The position numbers were made by a program, and so were the translations under genes. This document shows positions 1 to 11,190 of a stretch of 64,000 nucleotides of DNA, in pieces. The DNA is taken from contig NZ_CAUTDQ010000004.1 in NCBI RefSeq assembly GCF_963537375.1, positions 2,227 through 66,226 on the forward strand. Reading direction: 5' to 3'. A model generated the notes under the pieces. That model was not told the origin of the DNA and did no database searches. It saw nothing but the letters and a program-made list of their open reading frames with translations. The DNA comes from an uncultured Gemella sp. (GTDB lineage Bacteria > Bacillota > Bacilli > Staphylococcales > Gemellaceae). Each line of letters starts with the position of its first letter. Position 1 is the first letter of the stretch.

Positions 1-1274
1 ATTTTAAATTGTACAACCCCTTCACTAAAACTACTTTCAACTTTTTCTAATTCATTATTGTCAGTAATATGATACACTTCTAGTTCTGCATTATCATTTT
101 TTACTACAGACATTTTAACTGTACGTTCGGCATCACTATCTAATTTCTTACCATCTTTTTCAAAATGAATTTCAAATACTTCTACAACTTTATATTCACT
201 ACCTAATTTTTCGATAATAGTTTTATTTAGATTTTCATCATTAATTGATCCTACAAAAACATTATCAGCTTTTATTTTATCTTTATCAAATAACACAGCT
301 ACATCACGTCCTAAAATTTTTGCTGATAAGACATGATTTTCTACCTTAGCAGTGTTTGTTGGTGTTTCTTGTTTTTTATCATTAGTTGCTTCTTGTTTAC
401 TTAGAGTCACTTTTGGAGTTTCTTTGCTAGGAGCTACTTTCTTGTCTTCAGTAATAGTTTGCTCTTTAGAAGCATCTTTTTTATCTTCTATTACTGGCTC
501 ATTCTTGTTCTCTGAAACTTTGTTTCCTTTTGGAGTTTCCTTCTTATCAGTTTCTTTTGTTACTTCTTTGTTTTCTTTTTTATCATCAGTAACTTTTTCT
601 TCTTTTGGAATATTTTTTTTACCATCTTTTTCAACTAAAGGTTCATTCTTTAAAGTATTTTCTAAAATAGACTTCACTTTCTTAAGATTTTCATTATTAG
701 GATTAGCTTCTAACAATTCTTTAACTTTAACCAACCAAATAGTTTTTATTTCCTGTTCTTTCGTTTTATCAACTTTAATACCAGCTAATAGATAATTTAC
801 AAACTCTTTTTCATCAATCGAATTCCAATCAACTTTATCTTCTAAAATAGATTCAACTAATTCTCCTTCTTTATGAATTCCTACCACTGAAACTGTTTTT
901 GATAACACTGATTCTGTTGACTTTGAAGTTGCCTTAAAAGAAGACACTTCTGTTTTAGACTTACCTGTTACGTCTACTTTTTGATATTCTAAAATTTTTT
1001 CCTCATGTTTACAATCTTCGCACTTCGGTGACACAATAGATTCTTTAGACTTGAAAGTCAATTCAGGAGTTGCTATTGCTCTTCCAGGTTCTTCTAAGAT
1101 TGTTTTATTTACTTGTTCTATGTTAACACCAGGAATAGTTTCAGTATTCACAATAACATTGTTTTCATCTTCATGTGCATAAGCTGTTCCAAGAGATCCT
1201 GCAGCAATACCTATTAATACACTAACTATACCTACTGAAACCTTTCTTATCGAATATTTTTTCTTATTAAACAT
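1..1274 (-). CDS. YSIRK signal-peptide surface protein (3' end runs off the window)
   Basis: Manual translation from ATG 1274: MFNKKKYSIRKVSVGIVSVLIGIAA..., GGAG RBS at 1281-1284, open frame to base 1, K/E/T-rich low-complexity middle. Absent from the ORF track because the stop lies outside the window. Confidence 0.9.
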   Translation of the reverse strand, partial: MFNKKKYSIRKVSVGIVSVLIGIAAGSLGTAYAHEDENNVIVNTETIPGVNIEQVNKTILEEPGRAIATPELTFKSKESIVSPKCEDCKHEEKILEYQKVDVTGKSKTEVSSFKATSKSTESVLSKTVSVVGIHKEGELVESILEDKVDWNSIDEKEFVNYLLAGIKVDKTKEQEIKTIWLVKVKELLEANPNNENLKKVKSILENTLKNEPLVEKDGKKNIPKEEKVTDDKKENKEVTKETDKKETPKGNKVSENKNEPVIEDKKDASKEQTITEDKKVAPSKETPKVTLSKQEATNDKKQETPTNTAKVENHVLSAKILGRDVAVLFDKDKIKADNVFVGSINDENLNKTIIEKLGSEYKVVEVFEIHFEKDGKKLDSDAERTVKMSVVKNDNAELEVYHITDNNELEKVESSFSEGVVQFK

Positions 1275-1776
1275 AATTTTCTCCTTATCAATTTGTTTAA
1301 AAATTACAATGTACTCATTATTCTATCTTTATAATTATATTATATCTATTAAAATTGAGCAAGTATAAAACTGTTTTGAAGATAGTAGAAAAAAAGAAAA
1401 ATTTCTTTAAACTATAAACTGTGACATCCACAGAAAGAAATTTATTTATATGAACATTATAACACAAATTTTGCAGTTTAGTCGTCTTGAGGAATCTCTA
1501 AAAAATCTGTTTTCATCGACTTTTATGTTTTAACAAATTTTTACCGACGAAAAAAACTTTTTTTAGTTTTTCACCGCAATTTTATTTTTCAGGAATTTAT
1601 TTCCCGTAATAATTTTACTTTAATCTATACTATTTTCAATATAAATACATATGTGTCTTTTTTCTAATATTATAAACAATCTTCTTAATAAAATTGTTTT
1701 TTTATGTTACAATTACATATGTATTCTAATTTTATATTAGACATTAGTTAAATTAAATTTTAAGGAGAACTTTTTC

Positions 1777-2277
1777 ATGCAAGAAGTTATGAATTATAAA
1801 GATACTAGGATTGAAAACTTCCATACTATTTATCCTAACCATATGAACAGACATGACACATTATTCGGTGGACAAACTCTATACTGGCTTGACGATGTAC
1901 AAGGTTTAGTAATACGTAGATATACACACCTACCCTTCTTCACTGCAAGTATTGATACATATCAATTTTTAGATGTTGTACATAGACACGAAGCGTTAAT
2001 TATTGATAGTTATATTTCTAGAGTTGGTACTAGAAGTGTCGAGATTTTTGCAGAACTAAGTGCATTTAATCATGAAACTAGACATACTCGTCTAGTTGGA
2101 ATCTGTTTCTCAACATTCGCTATCAATAGAGAAACTGTCCTTGAGAAACCTTTACCAAAAGTAGAATATACTGATGAAATTTCAAAATTTGTTAGTTCTT
2201 CATACGCAGATAGACAAAGCGGTAAATTATCAGCTAGACAATTCTGTAAAGAATATCTAAAATATTATAATAAATAG
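1777..2277 (+). CDS. acyl-CoA thioesterase (hotdog fold)
   Basis: N-x-H-x-TLFGG...W-x-D motif and VGTRSVEI; AAGGAG RBS. Confidence 0.85.
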   Translation: MQEVMNYKDTRIENFHTIYPNHMNRHDTLFGGQTLYWLDDVQGLVIRRYTHLPFFTASIDTYQFLDVVHRHEALIIDSYISRVGTRSVEIFAELSAFNHETRHTRLVGICFSTFAINRETVLEKPLPKVEYTDEISKFVSSSYADRQSGKLSARQFCKEYLKYYNK

Positions 2278-2278
2278 C

Positions 2279-2320
2279 AAAAAAGGAAGCGAGATTTTTT
2301 CTCACTTCCTTTCTTTTTTA
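2279..2320. terminator. bidirectional intrinsic terminator
   Basis: AAAGGAAGCGAGA/TCTCACTTCCTTT stem with A and T tracts, between convergent genes. Confidence 0.75.
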
Positions 2321-2327
2321 AAATTTA

Positions 2328-4049
2328 TTAATCAATTGAGTAAAGTAATTCTAATACTTTTTCTTCGAATTTAACTAATTTTTCTTCAGCAACTTTCTTA
2401 TCTGCATCTTTAACGTAGATGTAAAGTTTTACTTTTGGTTCAGTTCCACTTGGACGTAAAGTATACCAAGATTCATCTGAATAACTGAATTTAACAGCAT
2501 CTGTTTTTTCGATTTCAATATCTTTTTCTTCACCAGTTGCTACAACTTTTTCTTTTTGCACTAAGTAGTCAGTAATAGCTACTACTTCACTTCCAGCAAT
2601 TTCACGAGCAAAAATTTCACGATATTTTTCCATCATACGTTTAATTCTTTGAGCACCTGCTGCTCCTTCTAGTACGATAGAGATAGTTTTATCTAGGTAG
2701 TAACCATATTTTTCATAGAATCCATCCAGGACATCTACTAATGTTTTACCTTGTGTTTTGTAGAATGCTGCTGCTTCTACTAATAACATAGCAATAGTAA
2801 CACCATCTTTATCACGTAAGAATGTACCAACGTTGTATCCGATACTTTCTTCATATCCCATCACATAGTTTTTCTCACCTGTAATATCCCATTCATTTGG
2901 TAATGCACAGATGTTTTTGAATCCAGTTAGAACGTCAATTACTTCTACTCCGTATTCTTTACAAAGTGGTTCTACCATTTTTGAAGTTACGATAGATTTA
3001 ACTAATACTGGGTTTTCTGGAAGTTTGTTTTGTTTAGCAAGATTTTCAATAACATATTGAACTAATACCGCTCCAGCTTGGTTACCATTTAGAGAAACTA
3101 CTTCACCATTGTGAATTACTTCTACAGCAAGACGGTCACAGTCAGGGTCAGTTGCGATGATTACATCAGCATTAACTTCTTTAGCTAGTCTTTCACCATA
3201 TTCAAATGCTGCAGTGTCCTCTGGGTTTGGATATTCGATTGTTGGGAAAGTTCCATCTGGATCTTTTTGCTCCTCAACAACATGAACATTTTCAAATCCA
3301 CGGCGTGCAAGGACTGTTGTTACAGCTTTGTATCCTGCACCATTTAATGGTGTATAAACTACAGAAATGTTTTTGTCGATATTTTCATCATTAATTGCAC
3401 AGTTTAAAGATTCTCTATAGAATTCTTCATCAATTTCTTGACCAATGTAAACTAATAATCCCTTTTCTTGAGCTTCTTCTTCTGTTAAAGTAACATAGTT
3501 GTCAAAAATATCCATTGAGTTAATGTATTCTAAAACTTTATCACTTATATCAGATTTAATTTGAGAGCCTTCTTGCCAGTATACTTTATATCCATTATAT
3601 TCTTTAGGATTATGACTTGCAGTGATGTTAATACCACTAGCTGTTCCTAAGTAACGAACTGCAAATGATAATTCTGGAGTTGGACGTAAATCTTCGAATA
3701 AGTATGCTTTAACTCCATTACTAGCCATTACTAATGCTGCCAACTTAGCAAATTCTTTTGAGAAAAGACGTGGATCGTGTGCAATAGCAATACCTTTTTC
3801 TTGTAATCCATTGTCGATAATAGTTTGCGCTAACGCTTTTGTAGCACGAGCGATAATGAATCTATTCATTCTATTAGAACCCATGCCTACTTTACCACGT
3901 AATCCCGCAGTTCCAAATTCTAATTCTTTATAAAATCGATCTTCTTTTTCTACTTCATCATCAGCTACGTTTTTTAATTGAAGTTTTTCTTCTTCAGTTA
4001 AAGCTGAACTGTTTAACCATTTTTCATATAATTCTTGATAGTTACTCAT
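2328..4049 (-). CDS. pgcA: phospho-sugar mutase (phosphoglucomutase, PgcA/Pgm type)
   Basis: FGTAGLRG, TASHNP phosphoserine loop, DPDCDR metal loop, RPSGTEPK. Confidence 0.85.
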   Translation of the reverse strand: MSNYQELYEKWLNSSALTEEEKLQLKNVADDEVEKEDRFYKELEFGTAGLRGKVGMGSNRMNRFIIARATKALAQTIIDNGLQEKGIAIAHDPRLFSKEFAKLAALVMASNGVKAYLFEDLRPTPELSFAVRYLGTASGINITASHNPKEYNGYKVYWQEGSQIKSDISDKVLEYINSMDIFDNYVTLTEEEAQEKGLLVYIGQEIDEEFYRESLNCAINDENIDKNISVVYTPLNGAGYKAVTTVLARRGFENVHVVEEQKDPDGTFPTIEYPNPEDTAAFEYGERLAKEVNADVIIATDPDCDRLAVEVIHNGEVVSLNGNQAGAVLVQYVIENLAKQNKLPENPVLVKSIVTSKMVEPLCKEYGVEVIDVLTGFKNICALPNEWDITGEKNYVMGYEESIGYNVGTFLRDKDGVTIAMLLVEAAAFYKTQGKTLVDVLDGFYEKYGYYLDKTISIVLEGAAGAQRIKRMMEKYREIFAREIAGSEVVAITDYLVQKEKVVATGEEKDIEIEKTDAVKFSYSDESWYTLRPSGTEPKVKLYIYVKDADKKVAEEKLVKFEEKVLELLYSID

Positions 4050-4075
4050 ATAATATTACCTCTAAAAATTTAATT

Positions 4076-4786
4076 TTATGCTAGCCCTAAAGCAATTTCC
4101 ATCATTTTTGTGAATGCTGTTTGTCTTTCTTCTGGAGTAGTTTCTTCCCCTGTTACTAAAGAGTCACTTACTGTTAAAATTGTTAAAGCATTAACTCCTG
4201 CTGCAGTCGCATTCGCATATAATGCAGTACTTTCCATTTCAACAGCTAGAACTCCCATTTTAATCCAATTTTCCATAGCTTTTTCATCAGCATTGTAGAA
4301 AATTTCACTACATAAAATATTCCCAACGTGCACTGGTTGTCCCATTTCTTGAGCTTTATTGTATGCTTTTAATAATAAATCAAATGAAGCTGTTAAGCTA
4401 TAGTTTCCTGGAATGTTGTATTGGTGCATGTAATTTGAATTTGTAGAAGATCCCATACCTAAGATTACATCATATAATTTCACTTCTGGTTGCAATGCTC
4501 CACAAGTTCCAATTCTAATTAAGTTTTTCACTCCAAAAGTGTGAATTAATTCATAAGAATAAATACCGATACTAGCGGGTCCCATACCAGTTCCCATTAC
4601 AGAAATCTTTTTACCTTTGTATGTTCCAGTATAACCTAGCATACCACGCACTTCATTAAAACAAACTGCATCTTCTAAAAATGTTTCAGCAATAAATTTC
4701 GCTCTTAACGGATCCCCTGGTAGAAGAATAGTTTCTGCGATTTCTACTCCGTTTGGTTTAATATGTGGTGTTTGTTTATGTGACAT
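4076..4786 (-). CDS. deoD: purine-nucleoside phosphorylase
   Basis: TPHI...[23 protein letters not shown] motifs. Confidence 0.95.
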   Translation of the reverse strand: MSHKQTPHIKPNGVEIAETILLPGDPLRAKFIAETFLEDAVCFNEVRGMLGYTGTYKGKKISVMGTGMGPASIGIYSYELIHTFGVKNLIRIGTCGALQPEVKLYDVILGMGSSTNSNYMHQYNIPGNYSLTASFDLLLKAYNKAQEMGQPVHVGNILCSEIFYNADEKAMENWIKMGVLAVEMESTALYANATAAGVNALTILTVSDSLVTGEETTPEERQTAFTKMMEIALGLA

Positions 4787-5175
4787 CAGTTAGTCCCCCT
4801 GTAAATATATTAATAACTTTATTATACCTTTTTTTCTTATCTTAAACAAGTTATATTAGAAAAATAATTATCTATATTTTCTAACAAATATTCTGAAAAT
4901 AGTAAGTTTCGCATAAAGTTTTCAACGGAATTTCCACTAAAAAATACTATTTACCATATAGATGAACACTCCTTTTAATATAATAATATTTATTATTTTA
5001 AAAAAATAATTAACACGTATTTTTTAAGTTTAACTAAGAATTATTAATGGTATTTTGCTATATACAACAATATTTATTGAAAAATAATTATATAAAAATT
5101 GAATATCAATAGTAATTTAATCAATTTTGTTATATAATTAATGTTATAAAAAATAAATTAGAAAGAGGTTTTTTT

Positions 5176-7542
5176 ATGTTACAATTAGCTGTCTTTTTCC
5201 CAGTAATTGCGATGCTTTTCATACCTTTCTTAAGGAAAAACTTCAAAAATATCCATACTGGAAAATTTGTTATAATTGTACCATTAATTCTGTTTGGATA
5301 TTTTGTATCAAATATAAAATATATCTATTCAGGTGGGACAATATATAAAAAATTAGCATTTGTTTCTAATGCAGGGCTTGATATTAACCTTAATCTTGAC
5401 GGTTTATCACTTCTTTTCTCATTACTAATTACAGGAATTGGTACCTTAGTAATCTTATATTCATGTTACTATATGAGTATTTCAGATGAAAAACTACATA
5501 AATTTTATATATTTCTATTAATATTCATGTCAGCAATGCTAGGAGTAGTATTATCTGATAATATGCTTAGTATGTACATGTTTTGGGAGTTGACTTCTGT
5601 ATCTTCTTTCCTACTTATTAGTTATTGGCATGAAAATGATGCTTCAAGAAAAGGTGCTTTAAAATCATTAATAATTACTGTTTTTGGTGGTGTATTAATG
5701 TTAGCAGGTATCTTCATTCTAAATAGTATCACTGGTAGTTTTAACGTTAGTGAAATAATTGACTTTACTAATAATCATGGTTACAACAGTAAATACATTA
5801 TCGCTATGATTCTTATTTTATTTGGTGCATTCACTAAATCAGCTCAATTTCCATTTCATATTTGGTTACCTGATGCAATGGCTGCTCCAACTCCAATTAG
5901 TAGTTATCTTCACTCTGCGACAATGGTTAAAGCCGGTATTTATTTATTACTTAGAATTGGAATTGTATTTTCATTCACACCAACTTTTGGAAATATCTTA
6001 ATTGTTTTTGGTACTATTACTATGTTATTAGGATCAATATCTGCAATTTTCTTAAAAGATCTAAAAGGAATTTTAGCATATTCAACAATCAGTCAGCTTG
6101 GTATGATGACTCTTATGATTGGTATTGCAAACTTAGGTTTATATAATGATAATCATTATATTTATACTTTTGCATTTTATGCTGTATGTTTCCATATTAT
6201 TAACCACGCAGCATTTAAAGCTAGCTTGTTTATGATAACTGGTATAATAGATCACTCATTCCACACTAGAGATATTAAACAACTAAGAGGAGTAAGAATG
6301 TATATGCCTCTTGGGTTTATATTAAGTATAATAGCGGGATTCTCTATGGCAGGAATTCCACCACTAAGTGGATTCTACTCAAAAGAATATTTCTTAACAG
6401 CTGTATATAGCTTATTAAATTCTAGTATGCTATACATGATAATTGTTATAGCTGTTGTAATCGGTGCTCTAGGAACAGCTGTATATTCATTAATATTAGC
6501 TTTCAAACCATTCCTAGGTACTTTCGATAGTAAAGTACTTGGAGACAAAAAACTTCATTTACCAAAAAATGGAATGTTTATTTCTCCAATAATACTTGTA
6601 ATCTTTGTTATTATTAACACATTTATTAAGGATTATATTGTAATTCCAGCTCAACAGGCTGCTCTTGCAGTAAAAGTAACGAACAACGAGGTAATAACTC
6701 ACATTCATCACGATAGTTTCCTATCAAGTGAACTTCTTACTTCTATTTTTGTAATAATTGCAAGTTTTGTAATTTATAAAGTTTTCGCTAGTGGTAATGG
6801 TATTTACTCAATAAACCCTAGCATTGTATCTATTCACGGTGCATACAACAATTTAGGTATATTATTACATAAAGTTAGTGGTAGACTTCACGATGCATTC
6901 ATCACTAATCAACTAAGAAGAAATATGAGTTATATATTCTGTGGCCTATCAGCTACTATTATCGGTGGTTATTTTGCAATTGGTAGACCTATGATAATAA
7001 ATAACTTCTCTACTATTCATTATATGAATATATTCATTGGATTATGTATTGTCCTTTGTTGTGTTACTCTAACAAGAGTTTACAATAGATTAGTACTTAT
7101 AATCCTTTCATCTGGTGTTGGATTTATGATGACTGGTTTATATGTAACTTTCAGAGCACCTGATTTAGCAATGACGCAATTCGTCATCGAATCAATTTCT
7201 ACAATTATCTTCTTAATAGCTTTCATTCTATTAACTGATAAAACAAAACAAGTAGAAAAAAATAGTTTCAAACTTACAAACGCAATTATTGCAACTCTGA
7301 CTGGTGTTAGTTTTATAATTGTAGGACTTGTATCTTATGCATACAAAAATCCATCAGAAATTAGTCAATTTTATTTCGATAACGTTGTAGCTTCTGGTGG
7401 AGGAAACATAGTAAATGTTATTATCGTTGATTTCAGGGGATTTGATACCCTATTTGAAATCACAGTTATGACGATGGTAGCTTTAATAATTTATGCTATG
7501 TTCAAAATTATTAAAAGAGGAGGACCAAAAGATGAAAACTAA
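5176..7542 (+). CDS. mnhA: Mrp/Mnh Na+/H+ antiporter subunit A
   Basis: FWELTS, TKSAQFPFHIWLPDAMAAPTPISSYLHSATMVKAG, DFRGFDTLFE. Confidence 0.95.
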   Translation: MLQLAVFFPVIAMLFIPFLRKNFKNIHTGKFVIIVPLILFGYFVSNIKYIYSGGTIYKKLAFVSNAGLDINLNLDGLSLLFSLLITGIGTLVILYSCYYMSISDEKLHKFYIFLLIFMSAMLGVVLSDNMLSMYMFWELTSVSSFLLISYWHENDASRKGALKSLIITVFGGVLMLAGIFILNSITGSFNVSEIIDFTNNHGYNSKYIIAMILILFGAFTKSAQFPFHIWLPDAMAAPTPISSYLHSATMVKAGIYLLLRIGIVFSFTPTFGNILIVFGTITMLLGSISAIFLKDLKGILAYSTISQLGMMTLMIGIANLGLYNDNHYIYTFAFYAVCFHIINHAAFKASLFMITGIIDHSFHTRDIKQLRGVRMYMPLGFILSIIAGFSMAGIPPLSGFYSKEYFLTAVYSLLNSSMLYMIIVIAVVIGALGTAVYSLILAFKPFLGTFDSKVLGDKKLHLPKNGMFISPIILVIFVIINTFIKDYIVIPAQQAALAVKVTNNEVITHIHHDSFLSSELLTSIFVIIASFVIYKVFASGNGIYSINPSIVSIHGAYNNLGILLHKVSGRLHDAFITNQLRRNMSYIFCGLSATIIGGYFAIGRPMIINNFSTIHYMNIFIGLCIVLCCVTLTRVYNRLVLIILSSGVGFMMTGLYVTFRAPDLAMTQFVIESISTIIFLIAFILLTDKTKQVEKNSFKLTNAIIATLTGVSFIIVGLVSYAYKNPSEISQFYFDNVVASGGGNIVNVIIVDFRGFDTLFEITVMTMVALIIYAMFKIIKRGGPKDEN

Positions 7543-7957
7543 TGATGTAATTTTAAAATCATTATCTGCAATTATTTCAGGTTGTATATTTCTACTTTCA
7601 CTTAGTTTATACTTCGGTGGGCACTTCCTTCCAGGTGGTGGTTTCGTAGGTGGACTCCTTTGTACAATGGCTCTTGCTTTATCTATGTTCACATATGGAA
7701 TAGACAAAGTTACTAAACTACTTCCAATTAATTACGTTTATGTAACAGCAATCGGCTTACTTTTCTCTATCGGAACAGCTTTTAGTGGAGTTGTTGTTGG
7801 AAAAAATTTCTTTAAACATCACTTCACTCATATCCATGTTCCAATTATGGGAGAAATGGAATTACACACAGCTGCAATCTTTGACTTAGGTGTTTATTTC
7901 GTAGTTGTTGGTGTATTAATGTCAGTAATATTAGCTTTTGGAAAGGATGGTAAATAA
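7532..7957 (+). CDS. mnhB: Mrp/Mnh antiporter subunit B
   Basis: GHFLPGGGFVGG, FDLGVY; start placed at ATG after GGAGG RBS. Confidence 0.93.
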   Translation: MKTNDVILKSLSAIISGCIFLLSLSLYFGGHFLPGGGFVGGLLCTMALALSMFTYGIDKVTKLLPINYVYVTAIGLLFSIGTAFSGVVVGKNFFKHHFTHIHVPIMGEMELHTAAIFDLGVYFVVVGVLMSVILAFGKDGK

Positions 7958-8316
7958 TGGAATTTTATATGATTATCTTATGCGGTATTCTTGTTGGTTT
8001 TGGTGTTTACCTTATGCTTTCTAAGAGTATGATGCGAATAATTATCGGTGTTGGTCTTTTTGGACATGCTGCTAACCTAATTATTCTTATCGCAGGTGGT
8101 TTATATGATGGAGATATTCCTATTATCTCAGAACTAGGAAAAAATTATATAGACCCAATACCAGCAGCACTTATTCTTACTGCTATCGTTATTGGTTTTG
8201 CAGTAACTTGTTTATTAATTTCAATTTATATTGCTAACTACAAACTAAAAGGAAGCGATAATGTAATTGATCTTGAAGACGTTGAAAATATGAAGGAGGA
8301 GAGAAATAATGCATAG
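7957..8316 (+). CDS. mnhC: Mrp/Mnh antiporter subunit C
   Basis: DPIPAALILTAIVIGFA motif; operon position. Confidence 0.93.
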   Translation: MEFYMIILCGILVGFGVYLMLSKSMMRIIIGVGLFGHAANLIILIAGGLYDGDIPIISELGKNYIDPIPAALILTAIVIGFAVTCLLISIYIANYKLKGSDNVIDLEDVENMKEERNNA

Positions 8317-9790
8317 TAATTTACCTGTTATTCCAATATTTATACCCCTTCTATTTGCTGCAATAACAGTATTATTTAGAAAAAGAATAGCAATGCAACG
8401 TTTACTAACAACATTAGCTACTCTGTTAGTCTTAGCATTTTCAATCTACAACATCTATCTTGTAGATAAACATAAATTACTAATATTAGAAATGGGTAAC
8501 TGGGCTAGTCCTTTTGGTATTACATTGACTTTAGATGGACTAAACAGTGTTTTAGTTACAACTTCATCATTAGTATTTTTAGCAACTTTATTATATTCTT
8601 TTAAAACAATAGATAAAATTCGTGAACTTAGCTTCTTCTATCCTGGTTTCTTATTAATAATGGTAGGTATTAATGGAGCGTTCACTACAGGAGATATTTT
8701 TAACCTTTTTGTTTTCTACGAAATCTTACTTATGTCTTCTTACTTACTATTGTTAGTAGGTATAAATAAAGAACAACTTAAATCTTCTATTAGTTATGTA
8801 CTAATGAACGTTTTTGCTGGTAGTTTATTTGTTATTAGTATCGGTTATCTTTACACAATTGTTGGTAGTTTGAATATGGCATACATATCACAAACAATTT
8901 CTTCTATGTCAGATCGTAGAGGATTATATCTTATCGGCGCAGTAATGATATTCGTGTTCTGTATGAAAGGAGCATTATTCCCACTATTCACTTGGATGAA
9001 TAGATCATATGTAGCACCTCCAATTGCTGTCTCAATTATCTTTGGGGCGTTATTAACAAAAGTTGGACTATACTCGATTATTAGAACTTATGGACTATTC
9101 TACTACGAGTCAAACTTCATTAAATCATACTTATTAATTTTAGGTGCTATATCTATAATAGCCGGATGTATTGGGGCAATTTACCAAAAAGATTTAAAAC
9201 AAATAGTAGTATTTAACATTGTGATTTCTCTAGGAGTAATGGTTTGTGGAACAGCTACATTAAATACATTTGGTGTTAAAGGTGCTTTATTCTACGCTGT
9301 TAATGACATATTTCTTAAAGCTGCTTTATTCATAATCGTAGGCTTAATAATTTACGTTAGCGGTGTTAAATATATTCAAAAATGTGGATTAATTAACAAA
9401 TATCCTCTTCTAGGATGGACATACTTTATTGTTGTCTTATCATTAGCAGGAGTACCACCATTTAGCGGATTTTACGGTAAAGCTTTAATAATTAAAGGAT
9501 TAGTAGCAAACAACAATACATTTATTGCAATACTTGTTGCTTTATCTGGATTAGTTGTGTTTTACTCATTAATTAAAGTTTTCTTAAATGTCTTTTACGA
9601 TAACATCAATAAGAGTTTAATTTTAAAACCACTCCCTAAAGGTGTACAAATCCCTCTTATCGCTATCGTAGCAATTGCATTAATTATTGGAGTTAGCACT
9701 AACCTATTAGATGGATTCTTCGATAAAGGTATTCAAATGGTACTTAATCCTCAACATTATATCGATTTAGTACTTAAGAAAGGAGCATAA
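8309..9790 (+). CDS. mnhD: Mrp/Mnh antiporter subunit D
   Basis: TGDIFNLFVFYEI, LLTKVG, LAGVPPFSGF. Confidence 0.93.
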   Translation: MHSNLPVIPIFIPLLFAAITVLFRKRIAMQRLLTTLATLLVLAFSIYNIYLVDKHKLLILEMGNWASPFGITLTLDGLNSVLVTTSSLVFLATLLYSFKTIDKIRELSFFYPGFLLIMVGINGAFTTGDIFNLFVFYEILLMSSYLLLLVGINKEQLKSSISYVLMNVFAGSLFVISIGYLYTIVGSLNMAYISQTISSMSDRRGLYLIGAVMIFVFCMKGALFPLFTWMNRSYVAPPIAVSIIFGALLTKVGLYSIIRTYGLFYYESNFIKSYLLILGAISIIAGCIGAIYQKDLKQIVVFNIVISLGVMVCGTATLNTFGVKGALFYAVNDIFLKAALFIIVGLIIYVSGVKYIQKCGLINKYPLLGWTYFIVVLSLAGVPPFSGFYGKALIIKGLVANNNTFIAILVALSGLVVFYSLIKVFLNVFYDNINKSLILKPLPKGVQIPLIAIVAIALIIGVSTNLLDGFFDKGIQMVLNPQHYIDLVLKKGA

Positions 9791-9792
9791 TT

Positions 9793-10290
9793 ATGGCACT
9801 ACAATTTTTAATTAATATATTAGTTGGTGTAATATGGATGTTCTTTTCAGGAAGTTATAATTCTGAATATTTTGCAGTTGGATTTTTCTGGGGGATGGTA
9901 TTATTATTCATCTTCAGAAAGACATTTGTTAAAAATATTTTAGGAGAACAACTATACTACATTTATGTATACAAATGGATAAAATTAATCTTAATGTTTT
10001 TAGTTGAATTGCTAAAAGCAGATGTGAATGTTTTAAAATTAATGTTCAAAAAAGAGCTTGATGTAAATCCGGTTATTTTTGAATATCCTCTTGAAGTTAA
10101 AAAAGCTTGGCAAATAACTCTTTTAGCAAACATGATTACTTTAACACCTGGTACTCTTACAGTGAACGTTAGCCATGATAATAAAGTCTTACATATTCAC
10201 TGTTTAGATACAGATGATATTCCTGGTGAAATTGAAGGTATAAAAAATAGCTTTGAAAAAGCAATATTGGAGGTTGATTTAGATGGATAA
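9793..10290 (+). CDS. mnhE: Mrp/Mnh antiporter subunit E
   Basis: LANMITLTPGT motif. Confidence 0.93.
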   Translation: MALQFLINILVGVIWMFFSGSYNSEYFAVGFFWGMVLLFIFRKTFVKNILGEQLYYIYVYKWIKLILMFLVELLKADVNVLKLMFKKELDVNPVIFEYPLEVKKAWQITLLANMITLTPGTLTVNVSHDNKVLHIHCLDTDDIPGEIEGIKNSFEKAILEVDLDG

Positions 10291-10573
10291 AATTGTAGAG
10301 TATTCTATTTTATTGGGAATTTTCGCTAGTATTGCTATGATATTTTTCTTACTAGTTTATATCGTTAAAAAGCCTAGCATCTTTGATAAATTAATAGCAA
10401 GCGACCTTCTTGCTATGCCTCTTATGTGCTTAATAGTTTTAGTAAGTATGTACTATAAAACTTTTTCATATATTTCGCTTATACTTATAATAGCTATTAT
10501 CTGTTTAGTTGGTACAGTTGTCACTGCTAGATTCTTAGCTAAAAAGGAGGTTTTAAGTGATGATACTAAATAA
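10283..10573 (+). CDS. mnhF: Mrp/Mnh antiporter subunit F
   Basis: Small 3-TM protein, PSIFDKLIASD; operon position. Confidence 0.88.
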   Translation: MDKIVEYSILLGIFASIAMIFFLLVYIVKKPSIFDKLIASDLLAMPLMCLIVLVSMYYKTFSYISLILIIAIICLVGTVVTARFLAKKEVLSDDTK

Positions 10574-10928
10574 TATTTTAGATATTGTTATTATACTTCT
10601 AATTTTAGTTTCTATTATAGCTATGTTAGCAACTGTGATTGGGTTCATTAGGTTACCTGATGAAATAACTAAAATTCACGCTGCTGGTGTTACTGGTTCA
10701 TTTGCTGTTGAATTAGTACTTATTGCTGGATTTGTTTATTTCTATAGATATTTACACGTCCTTGAATTTAAATTCTTTTTAGCAATTGGATTCTTATTCT
10801 TAGCTGCACCAGTCTCAGCTCATATGATTTCTATAAGTGCAATAATATATAATAAGCATGTTTATTCTAAAAATAATAAAGATGAAGCTAAAAAAGTTCT
10901 AGAAGATATTGAAAAATTAAATAAATAA
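10557..10928 (+). CDS. mnhG: Mrp/Mnh antiporter subunit G
   Basis: GFIRLPD...IHAA, APVSAH motifs. Confidence 0.9.
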   Translation: MMILNNILDIVIILLILVSIIAMLATVIGFIRLPDEITKIHAAGVTGSFAVELVLIAGFVYFYRYLHVLEFKFFLAIGFLFLAAPVSAHMISISAIIYNKHVYSKNNKDEAKKVLEDIEKLNK

Positions 10929-11190
10929 TAGTAATATCAATTATTAAAATACATATAGATTTATAAATTCAAAAACTCTATATGTCATAAAACCTGAAAG
11001 AATAACTCGAAAATAAGATTTTTTACAATCAATTTTCGAGTTGTTTTTAATATTCTCAATTTCACTTTTAAATAACGCTTTACATGATATTAGTTACTTA
11101 ATAAAACGCTTAAAACAACCCTAGACCTTGACTTATTTTGCTTTATATAGTAATATTCATATAGATTATAATACAAGGAGTCATTTTTTT

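Noticed and set aside
352..795. 147-aa hydrophobic plus-strand ORF
   Set aside because: Antisense shadow of the K/E-rich YSIRK gene
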